Source: Mobula hypostoma
Taxonomy: Eukaryota
Length of the DNA stretch: 64,000 bases
NCBI RefSeq assembly: GCF_963921235.1
Contig: NC_086100.1
Location: 159,464,001 to 159,528,000, forward strand
Reading direction: 5' to 3'
Below, piece after piece: positions 1 to 13,719 of this stretch (within the stretch, counting starts at the first letter, position 1; every line of letters begins with the position of its first letter). The translations under genes and the position numbers were made by a program. The notes under the pieces were generated by a model. The model saw nothing but the letters and a program-made list of their open reading frames with translations. It was not told the origin of the DNA and searched no databases.

Positions 1-299
1 GCTTTTTGAGTACAACGTAACAGCTGCATTAAGAGCATGTTTGGAACCCTTTGTCCTATTATACAATGAAATAGTATCTGATGCAGCTAATTGCAGCCTC
101 ACTGAAATCTTTGCAAAGTATGTTCAGTGTTTGTACAGATCTTTTAGTTAGAGAGGACTTGAGTAGAATTGTGACCTATTTCTGTCTTTCACGGCCAGAT
201 TAGTTACTGTTTCTTTCTACTTTCTGATTTTCCACAAGATAAAGCTCCTGATTAAAATCTGGCTGTCAGTGTGTACTTATTTTTAACAATGTCAGACTT

Positions 300-345
300 T
301 TTAAACAATAAATAAAGCCAAAAAGTTTGTTGCTCAGTTTTCTAG
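300..345 (+). terminator. Candidate poly(A) signal and 3' end of a convergent plus-strand gene
   Basis: Overlapping AATAAA hexamers at 307-312 and 311-316 are followed by a GT/T-rich tract, after AT-rich UTR-like sequence. In human, HERC3 lies tail-to-tail with FAM13A, but no coding sequence is visible here to confirm identity. Confidence 0.4.
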
Positions 346-1094
346 ATATACTTCTCCTGTTGGATTTTCATTTTCCTTCGACAAGTCAAGGTGCAAGAGC
401 TCATAGCATATTCAAATGAGAGTGATTTTGTTCCCAATTCAAAGCCACGTGTGTTGACATTGTATTTCTATGTCAACGTCTTGGTATGGCAACTGCTCAT
501 GGAACGTGATGTTGCAGTTACAGCCTTCTACCACAGGGGGATCTGTGGCACCACTGCAGATGGACGATGGAAGAGTACGTACAAATTTTTATCCCTATGT
601 ACCTGTAAGACCATTATCACTGTGTTTTATTTGGGACACTTGCTGTTGGTATATTGGTTATCTTTCAGTTGATACTAAGTACTTTATGTCCTCCTGATAG
701 GCAAGATTTTTAAAACTCTTTTATAATACATGGAGTAGTTCTTTGAACAGTAATTCACAGGGTAGGGGACAGATATTTATAGTCCATTCCTGATACCCCC
801 CCAGGCTGATTGGCATGTTTTGCTATTTGGCAGGCAACTGAATAGGCCCACTACATTGACGTTTGGAGTCACAAATAGGCCAACACACATAGGAACCATG
901 GTTTTCTTCCACTGGACGAGCAGTTTAGATTGGTTTGCTTCAACAATCTGGTAATTAAACTGAGTCATGCAGCAGAGCGCAGGCCCTTCTGCCCACTGTT
1001 TCTGTGCCAACTATCAGGCATTCATTTCCACCAAATCCACTTTTCTTCCCACATACCCCTCAAATGCAATCAATCCCCAGATCCAACCTTGGGT

Positions 1095-1265
1095 CGGTTT
1101 ACAGCAGTCGTTAACCTACCAACACCTTTGAGATGCAAGAGAAAAACCAAGCACCCAAGGGAAACACACTTTCCCGTGGAGAACATGCAAACTCCACCCA
1201 GGCAACACTGGAGATTAGCATCAAACCTGGAGTTGTGAAGCAGCAGATGTACAGATCAGTGCCAC
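1095..1265 (-). mobile_element. V-SINE (HE1-like) fragment
   Basis: The reverse strand reads GGAGTTTGCATGTTCTCC...TTTCCCTTGGGTGCTTGGTTT, a V-domain motif. Confidence 0.6.
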
Positions 1266-1659
1266 TTTTCTGATGGATGCATTCATTTACTTGAATTTAA
1301 ACGGTGCTATTTGAACTTGCACGTGTATGTCATTGGGTTAGGTGGCTGGGTTACTGGTGGAGCTACTGCAGAGCCCAGCATGGTGTTAAGCCTTGAGTTT
1401 CTCTGCTATCCTTGGTGAGTAGACATTAACTTACAAATTCCATCCCTTCAGTATGCTTAGAAACTAATCACAGCTTGATGCTATAGGAGAGGCAAGCTCC
1501 ACCAAGATTCAGCTCCTGGTTGCCACCTGTGGACGTTTGGTGAGTAATGTAGATCTTTTCAGCTGGTCAGGCAGCATCTGTGAAAAGCAAAATAGTCCAC
1601 ATTCCTACCATCCTTCATCAGTGAATTCCAACTTCATTAATTGGGCTGTTGAGGTCAAG

Positions 1660-2120
1660 AGCAACAAAGGAACTGGAGCTCCATAACACTATGGTTAGAC
1701 CACATACTGTGTTCAGTTCTGGGCACTCATTACAGGAAGGGTGTGGAAGCTTTAGAGAGGGTTTACGGGAGATTTACCAGGATGCTGCATGGATTAGGGT
1801 ACATATTTTATGAGGAAGAGTTAAACAAGGTCAGATTTTTCTCTTGATGAAAGGCAACGATAGAGATGTATGAGATTATGAGAGGCATAGATAGAGTGGA
1901 CATCCAGCACTTTTTTGCCAGGGCAACACTGGCTAATGCCAGAACGCATGTGTTTTAAGGTGAGTGGAGGAAAGTTTAGAGGAGATATCGGGGTTTTTTT
2001 TTAAAGAGCACGGTGTTTGCTTGGAATGCAGTGCCAGGGGTGATGTTAGAAGCCAAATAACATAGGGACATTGAAAACAAGGTACATTAGGTAAATTAGG
2101 TACATGGATGTAAGAACATT
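1660..2120 (+). mobile_element. CR1-clade LINE 3' fragment
   Basis: Decayed LVRPH..CVQFW and RFTRML motifs plus a typical CR1 3' region. Confidence 0.7.
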
Positions 2121-2859
2121 GGAGGGCATCACACAAAATGCTGGAGGATTTCAGCATGGCAGGCAATGTAGGTGTTAAGTTGATCATGAAGTACATTTAT
2201 ATACATCAGCACAACACTGTATGCCTAAGGGTTTATACCTTGTACTATTCTATATTCAATATTAAAGGCTCACAGACCCAAAACACCGATTTCTCTTTCC
2301 ACAGCTGCTGCTTGACCTGCTGAGATTTTCCTGTTTTCCTTGTTCCAGATTTTCAACATCTGCAGCTTTATTTTCAATAGGTGGATTTTGTTTAGAAGAA
2401 TTGCAGAATAAGGGTATGATTATGCGGACAAGTAGCAGGACTCAAGTCAACTTGATGACTTGTTGTGAGGGGTGGGGGTATGGTTGGAACTATATTAGAA
2501 TATTATAAAGTTTTTGAAAAGAACAGGCCATTCAGTGCGACAAAGCTTGTCAAATTCCTATTCAATAGGGATTGATCCAAATTTACAATTGAGATATAAT
2601 TACTGTGATTAAGAGATTATATTTAAATAGGTTAGATATATTTAAATATAGAGGGCAAGGTCTAAATGTGGGCAAATGGGATTATAAATTGGCCAAATGC
2701 TGGGCTAATTGGTGTACAACGCTGTCATTCTATGAGTAAAGTGCAAAATACTCAGTTGAATTGGAAATCTGAAGGGATTAGTTATGTTAGGGATTAGATA
2801 TGTTACTATTTTCTGAGTTCTTTAAAAGCTCATAATTTTCTTTGCCATTCATTTCTTGC

Positions 2860-5800
2860 TAAATCAAACACAAATAAAACAATTTATTTGCAGCAAAAAT
2901 ATTATATTTTCTGTTATATAAAATACAATCACTTTCATGTACAAAAATGTACATATCCATAGTTTTCCATTCTCAGTGTCTACATTCAAAGATCAACTTT
3001 AACACCGGCAAAGTCAGTTTCTTAATGTTTCTTCCCGTAAGCACTGACCCAGTGCCACGGGCATCTTGCAGACTGGGACAGTCTTTCAGTGAGTTGAGCG
3101 AGCACAAACACACACCCACAACGGCCTAAGTGAGAAAAGTTGAGCCAGAGAGACCAAAGCATGTAAAGGCCATCAATGTGATCACACGGGCAGAACACAT
3201 GGATGTTAACAATAACAATTCAGTCTTACATTTAATGTGAGCTGAGTCCAAAATGTTACTGCATCTCCAGTTTATATTAGCCCAGGGCTGAATTTGATTG
3301 CTTTTTCACAGTGTGCTATTTAAAATGGTTCTTCAGAAAATCCTTGGAACACTGTAAGCTTTAAGTCAACTGTTACAATCTTAAAAGGTTTCAGATTGGA
3401 AGCAGATCATCTTTTTTAGTAATAAATGATGACTGACTGTGTACCTTATTAGCAGAACTTCCTGCAGGTTTTTCTTTCTTTAGTACTGAAAACATTATTG
3501 CAGACTTGTTCATACCCAGTAAGAGAGGGTTAGCATGTGTGCCATTTTAAAGTGGGATTTGAGAGAGCAGATAACTGAGTAAATGAAGTGTGAATGTAAT
3601 TCTGTCCCACATCTAGTTTCACATTATGCCCCAACTTTAATATATTTTCATTAAAACTGTGATTACTACAAGGCATTGCTGAAACTCTTAGTAAAACACT
3701 GAAACTATGACCTCCTACCAGCACACAGAAAAGGATATAAACTTTACGCGTTCCTGTTATAAATGGACAAAAAAAATTATAAAGGTAGAAAAAGAGAAGA
3801 CACATGCATGGCAAAGGATTTTCTTAATGTGGGGGCTGTAGCTTTAAATATCATCATAAGGTTATGCTAACTCAGAAGCCATTCAAATCTGCTCAGGCCA
3901 CAGCTTGAACAGCATCACTTTCCATCCACTTGTCTTTTTTCAATCTTGGTCCTTTTCCCAATGAAACTCTCCCCAAATCCCAGATTTCTGCATGCATGGG
4001 GAAAGTTACTGATTTCACTAGTCACAGGTAGACTGCATGAAAACAGACCCTTTGGCCCAACTATTCTATGCAGACTAAGTTTCCTACTTGAGCTAACCCC
4101 ACTACTAATGCAATGCTTCTGTAATTTCAAAGAATTCCATGCATGTAACAAGAACTGTTAAACATATTGTTGCAAGTGTCTGTTAACTGTAAAAAGATGG
4201 GGCATCTTGTGGAATAAAGTAGACATCAACACAATTAGGGGTTGACATCTTTTCTTCCCAAAGCTTTACATGAGGGTTTTGTTAATTCAATCATCCACAA
4301 CTTTAACAATGTCGCTCTGATACCTGACACTGCCCATCTCTTTCAGGGACATCTCTAGATACCCAACTGCCCAAGTCACTCAGTCAGGTATATCTTTAGA
4401 TATCTGACCTGACTCTGTCCTCCTCTCTGTTGAGGATTGCCAGATGTGCCCATATCCCACATACCGGGATATGTGAATGTGCTGTCCCTGTAGATATTGA
4501 ATAGGTTCATAGGGGTATGGGCATTGGTAGGTTCAATGCCCATAAGGACTCATAATCAAAACTGCCATTTCTGCTATGCAGAACAGAGAGCTGGTCTGGC
4601 ATTGAGTAATCTAAATAACGATGCTCTCAACAGGGTTCAGCTGCGTTTGTGCTGTTTCATCTGTCATAAATGGCTGTACTGTCAGAGTTTGTAATCAGAC
4701 AACTGGAAGTGAATTCAAATTTCTGTCCCTTATTGATTTAATTCTGCCAAACTTGTTCTTGAGCCTCATAAAACAAAATTCCATTCTGTGGATTGCAGAG
4801 ATCAAATACACATCAGTTCATTGTCATTAATATATCTAGGTGTTTCCCTTGCCCTTTAATTCTTTGGAAATCTGGTCTTTTTGTAACCAAAAGCCCATCC
4901 AACCTGTTCAAAATAGGCCTGGCTCAATTAATGGTGGACTATGCATTATAATCTATTACGCTTGCTCAGAATGCATTTGTAAACCCGAGGTACAAGTTAT
5001 ATAAATTGTTTTGCCTGGAAAAGAATGCTGAATTGCCTGTTTTGACCCATGAAGCAAATGCAGAAGATCTGCTCTGTTAGAGCTCCGATTATCAAACCCC
5101 CGCTGTACCTGTAAAACCTCAAACAGGTTCGTACTCAGAATCACATGAAATTCCTCTTACCATTTCAAAAAAAGACACAGATATATTTTCTTACAGGTCC
5201 ACAAAATGATCAGAAAGAGGAATTTCATCCAGATATGGTTAAAGGTCTTGCAAACCTGCTGCTTTAAGAGATTTGCTTGAAAACTGGCACCAAAAAATAC
5301 AGTAGCTTCTTTGATGTCAAATGAAAACCAATCCCTCAACTGTCTACATCTTACTGCACCCATGCATGTAAATGCTTGTTCCACACAATAAAGGCTTGCC
5401 TATATTATATGAACCATCTCAACTAGCTACATAAAGTAACTATCCTAATAGCTTAGGGCACAATAGGGAAATTTCTGATGCAACTGGGCTTCTAATGAGG
5501 AATTTTAATGGAAATTAATAAGAGACATGAAGGGAAAATGAAGTCAGATGGTCAGGGAATAATTCAACCAAGATCTGCAAGAACAACCTTCCTGACCGCA
5601 GCTCTTCAATTTTATTTATGTGGCTATGTAACCCAAAACCCAAAGTTCTTTTAAATTTGTGATGCTGAATGTGTGTATTTCTGTAAAAACATCAGCTTTC
5701 AATTACATAGCACAATTAATACCTGAAAACCTGCTGTGGTGCACAAATCTAATTGTGGCTCTTTCTTAGGTGAGAAGGACAATATGTTATTGAATGGAGG

Positions 5801-7492
5801 AGGGTGTTACCCAATTTAGATTATACAGGGGTTAGAATTTAGGATCAAATGCATTGGAATTAATTGGGAGACTGTTGAGAAAAACTGAGCAGGGCATTCA
5901 AACCCACCTTGAATCCTGTGAACAGAGTCCTTAATCAACACATCTATACTGCAGTGTTTGGCTTCCACTCAACCACCTAGTTACCTTGTTAAGATTTTGT
6001 ATTCTCAGATCAGGGCTCTCTGACAATCTCCTGGGGCTCTCCCATCAGCCCAAGGTGGTTACTTACATACATTGCCTCCCTAGCGTCTAGCGTTAGAAGT
6101 TCATGTCCTTAGTCACTCTTGTTAAAATGCAAAGCAGCAGTGACCGAATACAGTACTCTGCTTCCGAAATTCAGCTCCATTAACTTCAGTGGAGTGCCAC
6201 TGCCATGAAGGATGAAGAGCAAATCTCTACTTTTGTGCTTTGGGTGTGAAACGCCCACGTTTACATTATAGAAACATAGAAACATAGAAAATAGGTGCAG
6301 GAGTAGGCCATTCGAGCCAGAATTATGAGACAGAATGACTGGAGACACGAGATAACAAGTTCAGCAGGTGATATGCTCTTCTCCATTCTTGACCCAAGGA
6401 AAGAAATTAGCTGATTTTTTACTAAATTTAGTAGCCCGCTTTGCAAAGCTTTGGATACTGATAAGCTTGTGACGGTACAACATTATTAATCATCCTTTGG
6501 TTGGATTGGTGGAGTAAAATACCATTAGTACAGTATGGATATTGACTCAAGAATTATTTTTGCCTCTAACAAACAGAAAATCAGTGTTGAGAGTGCTAAC
6601 TCTGATAACGCTGAAGCAATTTTATATAGTCAGAGGAACCAGCAATGAGGGATGCTGGAGCTCCATACACTCTGCGGATAGTGGGTTATAAAGCCACTGC
6701 ATTTCACAATTAATCCGCATGTAAAAGGTAAGGCTCTTTACCTTCAGTTATTATCAAACACCCAAGTTCTCCAGAAAATGTGCAACTTCTGCCTCCATCC
6801 CAACCCTGACATTTTAATCTATGATTTCCACAAGCATGTAAGATCAGTTAGTATCTAAAAAGCACAGGATGCAATTTCATTTTCTTCTAAAATAAAAGCC
6901 GCACACACATATTGGGATTCAATGCAGTATTCATTCAATTGATTGTCTTTTTGGTAAGCGTTATTAAAACATCCCACAAAGCAAAAAAAAACCTTTTAAT
7001 GGAGAATTGATAAATGTTGCCTATAAATTTAGTTCAATTATATCACTTGAGAGCTGTACATTTCCTGTAGGAATTCTTTCATACTTTTAAAGACATTGAG
7101 AACCAGCCCCTGGGTTCTTGTGTTATTTGTTATCCAGGCCACAATCCATGTGGTCATACATCTGGCCTCAAAGCATTGGCATAGTCTAATGTAATCAGCT
7201 GTAGGTCAGAGTTCATTCTGTGATCAGAGGTTTGCGGTGCAGAGGGTAATCAAAGATTGAGGGATATTTTTTATCCACTCTCTAGGAAAGGATGAGACGA
7301 ATCCCAATCCCTTCAGATTAACCTTTCCTTAAAAGCACAGGTGGTGGTGTATGGCAGTTCCTCTTGGTTACAGTCTCACTGCCACTGGACACCTTTCACT
7401 GGAGAGAAGCCAGCACATCTCCTCGTCATCATAGCAGGACCTTTCGCTAAAGGACAGAGGCAATGAACAGTTACCATGGTGTCCCTGCATAT
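2860..7492 (-). other. FAM13A: Putative FAM13A 3' UTR, with a distal poly(A) signal at 2883-2888
   Basis: Repeat-poor, AT-rich sequence follows the stop codon. A minus-strand AATAAA at 2883-2888 has upstream TGTA motifs and a downstream T/GT-rich tract. Proximal alternatives are at 5611-5616 (AATAAA) and about 6994 (ATTAAA). Confidence 0.45.
6266..6320 (-). mobile_element. CR1 3' tail remnant with (TTTCTATG)n
   Basis: The sequence atagaaacatagaaacatagaaaataggtgcaggagtaggccattcg is the reverse complement of a CR1 terminus. Confidence 0.6.
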
Positions 7493-7660
<168 letters not shown>

Positions 7661-8169
7661 TTACATTTTGCAATACCAGCACCCCCACCCCCCATGTCTT
7701 ACCTCTTCTACCTTGATGCTCCTCTAACAGAAGGCATAAACAACTTCCCTTTTTACATCATCATTCACATCTGCCCAAACTGATCCCCAGACATTTTCTG
7801 GCCATTGTTCTCAATTTGAATTATACAACGTGGAAATGGTCCACCACGTGCACACCAAGCAGTGGGCACCCATCCATATTAATCCCATTTTCCAGCTCCT
7901 GGCCCACCTTCTATGCTTAGCTCATCCAAATGCTCACTTAGAACTTCTTAAACATGGTCAATGACTGCTTCCACCACTCTCTTGGGCTAATGGTCACTTT
8001 TCCCAGGTTCTCAGCAATACACAGAAGTTTTTATTTATGAAGTGAAATTTGCACCCCTTACATTCTGTTGTGTCAAATTTTGTTTAAGTTAACATCAAGG
8101 GATTATCTTGGGACATTTTCCTGTGATAAGGATGGCAGGAGAATCAGAGATCTGAGAGTGAACCTACTG

Positions 8170-9020
8170 TGTTCAGGTACAGATTCTTCACCTCTGCCAT
8201 CAGTTTTCTGAATGGACAATGAACCCATGAACACTACCTCACTATTTTATTTTTCTCTCTTTTTGCACTACCAGTACACTATTTCTTATTGCAATTTATA
8301 CTGTAGATTTTTTATTATGTATTGCAATGTACTGTTGCTGCAAAATAACAAATTTCAGGACTAAATTAACCTGATTTATGAATGTTACTTGGCTTCTGGG
8401 AACAAATTACAGGAGCATGGGCTCAGTAATGAAGTGTGCTATCCTGTACATTGCCTCGATTACTCATGTATCCTGGGCCCAACATATTGATGTAATGATG
8501 AAGAAAGCATGCCAGCAGCTATACTTCATTACGATGTATCACCCAAAACTCTAGCAAACTTCTACAGATGTACCATGGGGAGCATTCTGTCTGGCTGCAT
8601 CACTGCCTGGTATGGAGACCCCGGAGCACAGGATCAAAAGCAGCTGCAGGGGGTTGTAAAGTCAGCCATCTCCATCATGGGCACCAGGCTGCCCACCACT
8701 GGGGGCATCTTCAAAATGAGGCATCCATCATTAAATTCCTTCACTATCCATGACATGCTATCTTCTCATTACTACCATCAGGATGGGAGGTACAGGAGCC
8801 TAAGGATGCCCAATGTTTTAGGTACAGCTTCTTTCTCTCCATCATTAGATTCTGAATGGTCCATCAACCATGAACACTACCTCAATATTTTGCTCTCTTT
8901 TTGCACTAATTATTATTTTATATTTCTCATTGTAATGTATGGTCATTTTTTATGCATTGCACTGTACTGCTGTCACAAAACAACCAATTTCATGATATAC
9001 GTCATGATAATAAACCTATG
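8170..9020 (+). mobile_element. Rex1/Babar-clade LINE 3' fragments (two adjacent)
   Basis: ORF 8509-9021 contains FYRCTMGSILSGCITAWYG, the conserved post-RT region of Rex1. The shared 3' tail occurs at 8170-8380 and 8840-9020. Confidence 0.75.
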
Positions 9021-9586
9021 ATTCCAAAGGCTGAAGACATCTGGAGCTGAAAGACGGGCACAGTAATGTTAGTATTCTCCCCAAGACCCATAGGCTGGAA
9101 CTTCACCTGGCACACGTGCAGGTGAGATATTGGGTGATCTAGTTCATCCGTGCCATCGGATGCACACATTTCTATCTGACAATATCTACTGTGCCCCAGA
9201 GACACAAAGTAGTGCAGATCCCGGAATATGGAGCAGGAAACAAGTCCAGACAAAGGGCCTTGACCCAACATGCCTACTGTCTACTTCCTTCCAAAGGTGC
9301 TGTCGGACCCACTGAGTTCCTCCAACAGCTTATTTCTTGTCCCAATAAATTTATCATATCTGTGCATCAAATCTGGAGAACTCCCAAATACATTCTGGTT
9401 TACTCTGGTTCACTGAACAGAGATCTAGCTCTTTGTTTTGATCTTAATCTATTTCTGGACTGCTTAAATTGTTGGCACCTAAAATTCCTACATCTTGCTG
9501 ATCTGAGTTTTAGCTTTTTGATTCAAGAGGCAAACAAGCATTCTACCACAGTTAATTTGTTTAACAAATAGCCACTATTATTTTCA

Positions 9587-9751
<165 letters not shown>

Positions 9752-10099
9752 TTAGATTGTGTTGAAATACTGAAAGAGTTACAACTTTCACTGCAAGATA
9801 CACTGGCATGTCATCCAAGAATATTGTGTTCAGATCTCTGATGTGGGGTAAACAACACAGAAAGAATTCATATTGATAGAGCAACTGTGAAACACGGGGT
9901 TGGGCATTTGATTCAGGGTGTAGCTGAGGTCTCATTTGGCCCTGAGCGCAGGATAAAACTGGATTTGACAAGAATAGTCAGCAGGAATGCAAAGAGCCCG
10001 ATGATTGCGATGCCACTGATTTTCTACTGAATGGGGTTTTGTCATTGATCATTCAATGAGGCAAACAATTTTTTAAAAAGTATTTCAGACACCTTTCAC

Positions 10100-10800
10100 A
10101 TCTCCCCGAAAGTGGCTGCACACAAGTTGATTGGGTGGTAAAGAAAGCAAATAGCATGCTTGCTGTTAACTAGCCGGGGCAGTGAATTCAAAAGTGAGGA
10201 AGTCATGTTGCAGCTTCATAAAACTCTGGTTTGCCTGTATCTGGAATATCGCATCTAGTTCTGGTCATTCCATTATAGAAAGGATGCGGAGACTTTGAAA
10301 AGGGTGCGGAACATGTTGACCAGGATGTGCCTGGACTGGAGGGCATGAAATACACCGAGGGGTTGGACAAACTAGGGTTGTTTTCTCTGGAGCACCAGAG
10401 GCTGAGGGGAGACTTGACAGAGGTTTATGAATTTATGGAAAACATTTATAGAATGAACAGCCAATATCTTTCTCCTCCAGGGTGGAAATGTCTAATACTG
10501 GGGGCATGTACTTAAAGGAAGAGGGGGTAAGTTTAAGGGAGATGCTTGGGTTAAGTTTTTTTTTAAACACATAGAGAGTGGTAGGTGCCTGGAATGCACT
10601 ACCAGGGGCGATAGTAGACTCAAATATTACAGGTGTTCAGCTCATAGAAGCACATGAAAATGCAGAGAATGGTTTGATATGAAGCTTGTGGAGACAAGGG
10701 TTAATTTAGTTTGATTTTCATTACTAATTTTATTAGTTTGACATATCATCACGTGTTGAGCAGCCTGCTTCTGTGCTACACCGTTCTACGTTCTATCTCA
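10100..10800 (+). mobile_element. CR1-clade LINE 3' fragment
   Basis: ORF 10327-10515 reads PGLEGMKY.E.LDKLGLFSLE..RLRGDL.EVY. Confidence 0.8.
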
Positions 10801-10965
10801 GAAAGCGTCACCAGTGCAAGTTCCCCTCAAAAGAGGTTTTATGCTTTCTCTTTCTTGCTCATTAGGGAGTACCTCTGTGGTATTTCCCCACCGTGTGTCA
10901 TGTAGTAGTGAGGGTTTTGATGAGTACAATATCGATCTCTGTGTCTGTTCTCCTGCAACACTCAC

Positions 10966-11162
10966 ATGGAGGCTGAGTGCAGGTTGGAGAGTCGTAGGTC
11001 GAGGCTGCATCGGGCTGGTGTCCTTTCGTTTACTGGGGGTGTGAACGCATCCATGCTGTCGTCCAGCTGATCCAGGAAGCTGCGGATGGTGAAACCCGGT
11101 TTTGCTGTCACTGCAAAGTCCATTTTGGGATTACCGTCATCTTCGGTGCCATCTTCCTCTTC
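10966..11162 (-). CDS. FAM13A: FAM13A exon: EEEDGTEDDGNPKMDFAVTAKPGFTIRSFLDQLDDSMDAFTPPVNERTPARCSLDLRLSNLHSAS(M)
   Basis: 197 nt; CAG acceptor and GTGAGT donor; phases 0/2. Confidence 0.95.
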
Positions 11163-13249
11163 CTGAACAGTAGAAGCATATCGCTATGGTTAAGACAACA
11201 CAAACCAGTCCAACAAGGTTCAGCAGGGTGTGGGATCTATTAGAACGGCTGGTTTCTTCCGCGACACCACGCGCTCCCCTGCAGCGCCCCAATGCTGAAT
11301 GGCATCCAAGACCTTGGGTAATGAGGGTTGGGCCAAGGGCCAAGACCAGAGGCAGAACCTGGGACAAAGTGACCAGAGTTGTCCACGACTAGGAGAGTGA
11401 TGGCCCTCAGGGGTGAAGAGTGCTCTGAAAGGCCTGAGACCATAATTGTGTGGGGGGGGGGTGGGGGGGAAATAGTAGGCCATTCAGTTCCTCAAGTCTG
11501 CTCTGCCACTAAACATCATGGCTACTCCCATTCTGATCCACTTTCCCACTGGATTCCCATAGTCCTCCATCCAGTTCATTCAGTTTTCAATCTACTCATC
11601 CACTAAACATCTAATATTCTCTGAGGCAGAGTATTCCAAAAGACTCACGATGTCCTGAATAAAGAAGTTTCTTTGCAGCTTGGCTCTGACAGACCAGATA
11701 CACCACAATACAAATGGCAATTTAGCATGGGTTACAAGTCTCAGTGGCCACTGTGTTTAACATGGCTGTGGATTAATCATCTGGGTTGATGAAATTAAAC
11801 TCTGCTACAGCTTGGGCAACTTGGATCAAACCCAGAATAAGAAGGTGGTAATGATCAGAGAACTATGGTACTGTTGCCAAAACAATCTCATTAACAAAGG
11901 AAAATCTATTATAGTTAGGAAGAAAAGTTGTACTTCTTATCAGATCTGAGTAGTATGTGGCTCTCAGCAGTGTGAGGGACTCTTGCCTCTGAAATACTCT
12001 AGAAAGACTTAGTTCTGGGAAGCAAACGGTGGTGTTACCAATAACAACCATACCCAAAAAATAGTTAAACACCCCTCCTTCCCACTACCAAATAAACCAG
12101 CATTATACCTGAACAAAGGCAATTCTCTGGTAGGTAAAGAATGGGGTACACCTGGCTTTCTGCGAGGAACCTGAAAGGCCAGTTTCTTTAGGGGAGTGTA
12201 CGATGTCATCAGAGGCATGTGGAATGGTAATAATGTAATCTGTCTGAACAGTAAGATCTTCACTAGATCGTGGTATATGCGACAGTAAACAGACAGATTC
12301 CCATCAAAGTTCCACTGGGACCAGTCATTTGACCAGCACAGGGTGGGATTCACGGGAGAGAGCAGTTGTCGAATTCCGCTAGGACTGCTGAGTGGCATCA
12401 GAAGCCGTCACTCCCGTCAATCCAAAGGGTAATATCTAACAGCGTTGGAACAAAATTCTTAGGTAATAGGTGCAACACCCACTGCCTGGCACTGCAGACG
12501 CTATCAGTCCTGCCAAACTGCCACTGGCTAATTCCATACAAGTTTTATTGCTGGTTGCACGGAGTCAGGTGACCAACCCTCACACACAGATGGCACGGGC
12601 ACTCTGCCAAATTATTTTTGGGGTCTTGGAACCTGAGCAATCTCCAATTATGGGGAATAAATAAATAAGAAGGGAGAAAAATTACCAGTTAGTACAATTG
12701 TTAGAAAGCAACAAAAACCAGCAGTGGGAAAGAAAGATGGTCACTTTATGTGTAGCTCTGCGCAAATTGGTTGAATTAGCAGCGGCTGCAGACTTCTCCG
12801 CTGCAGGTAATTTGCAAACTCTACACGCCTGGTAAAATCATCCAGAGGCCAGCTACCAATCATTATACCCCTCCGGTGGTGAGTTATCGTCTGAGTGTGT
12901 GGGTTGTGACTGTGGGGAAGACGGGGATAAGTAACTAGGAGACCCGTGGTAAAATAAAGAATTACTGCATCATTGGGAAACTACTGTATTTCCAGGTTCC
13001 AAAGCCTGCTTGGATTCCCCATCACCGTGTAGGCTTTGAGATTTGAAACACCTTTCTCCTTGCCTCCACATCAATTGGAGTTCCTGGCTCCCCGCTCAGA
13101 GCTCAAGGTTTGGTAAGGATTTTGGAGAGAAAAGATTGCACATGTTGGAATCTGGTGCAACTAAACAATGTTTGTTGCTCGGTATTGATTTTCTCTGTTC
13201 AGTAAATTTTGTCAGGACTTGGGGTACTGAGTTACAGGGAGAGGTTGGA

Positions 13250-13650
13250 CAGGCTAAGACTTTTCTCCGTGGAGCATATGAGAATGGGACATGACCTTGT
13301 ATAAATTTATGAGGGACCTAAATAGGGTGAACGTACTCAGTCTTTTCCTCAGGATTAGGAAATCAAGAATGAGACGGCACGGGTTTAAGGTGAGAGAGCA
13401 GAGGTGTAATAGGAACTTCAGGGACAACTTTTATTTTACACATTGCAGATATGTGGAATGAGCTGCCAAAGAAAGTGGTTGAGGCAGGTACAATCACAAC
13501 TTTTAAAGGACGGTTGGACATATACATGAAAAGGAAAGGATTCAGAGACAATGGACACAAGGTAGGCAACTGGGACTAGCTCGGATGGGCATCTTGGTCA
13601 GTGTCAACCAGTTAGACCGAAAGGCCTGTTTCTGTGTTGTACGACTCTGT
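13250..13650 (+). mobile_element. CR1-clade LINE 3' fragment
   Basis: RGH.FKVR and WNELP..VVEAGT motifs plus a CR1 3' tail. Confidence 0.75.
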
Positions 13651-13719
13651 AACCCTACAGATAAAAACGCTGACACATATTAAGTCTTTTAAGGGCCTCC
13701 ACCCATGCAGTAGCTCAGA

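Noticed and set aside
11295-11345. Twister-ribozyme-like string (CCAAGACCTTGGGTAATGAGGGTTGGGC)
   Set aside because: The resemblance is loose, and the required stems and pseudoknots could not be formed.
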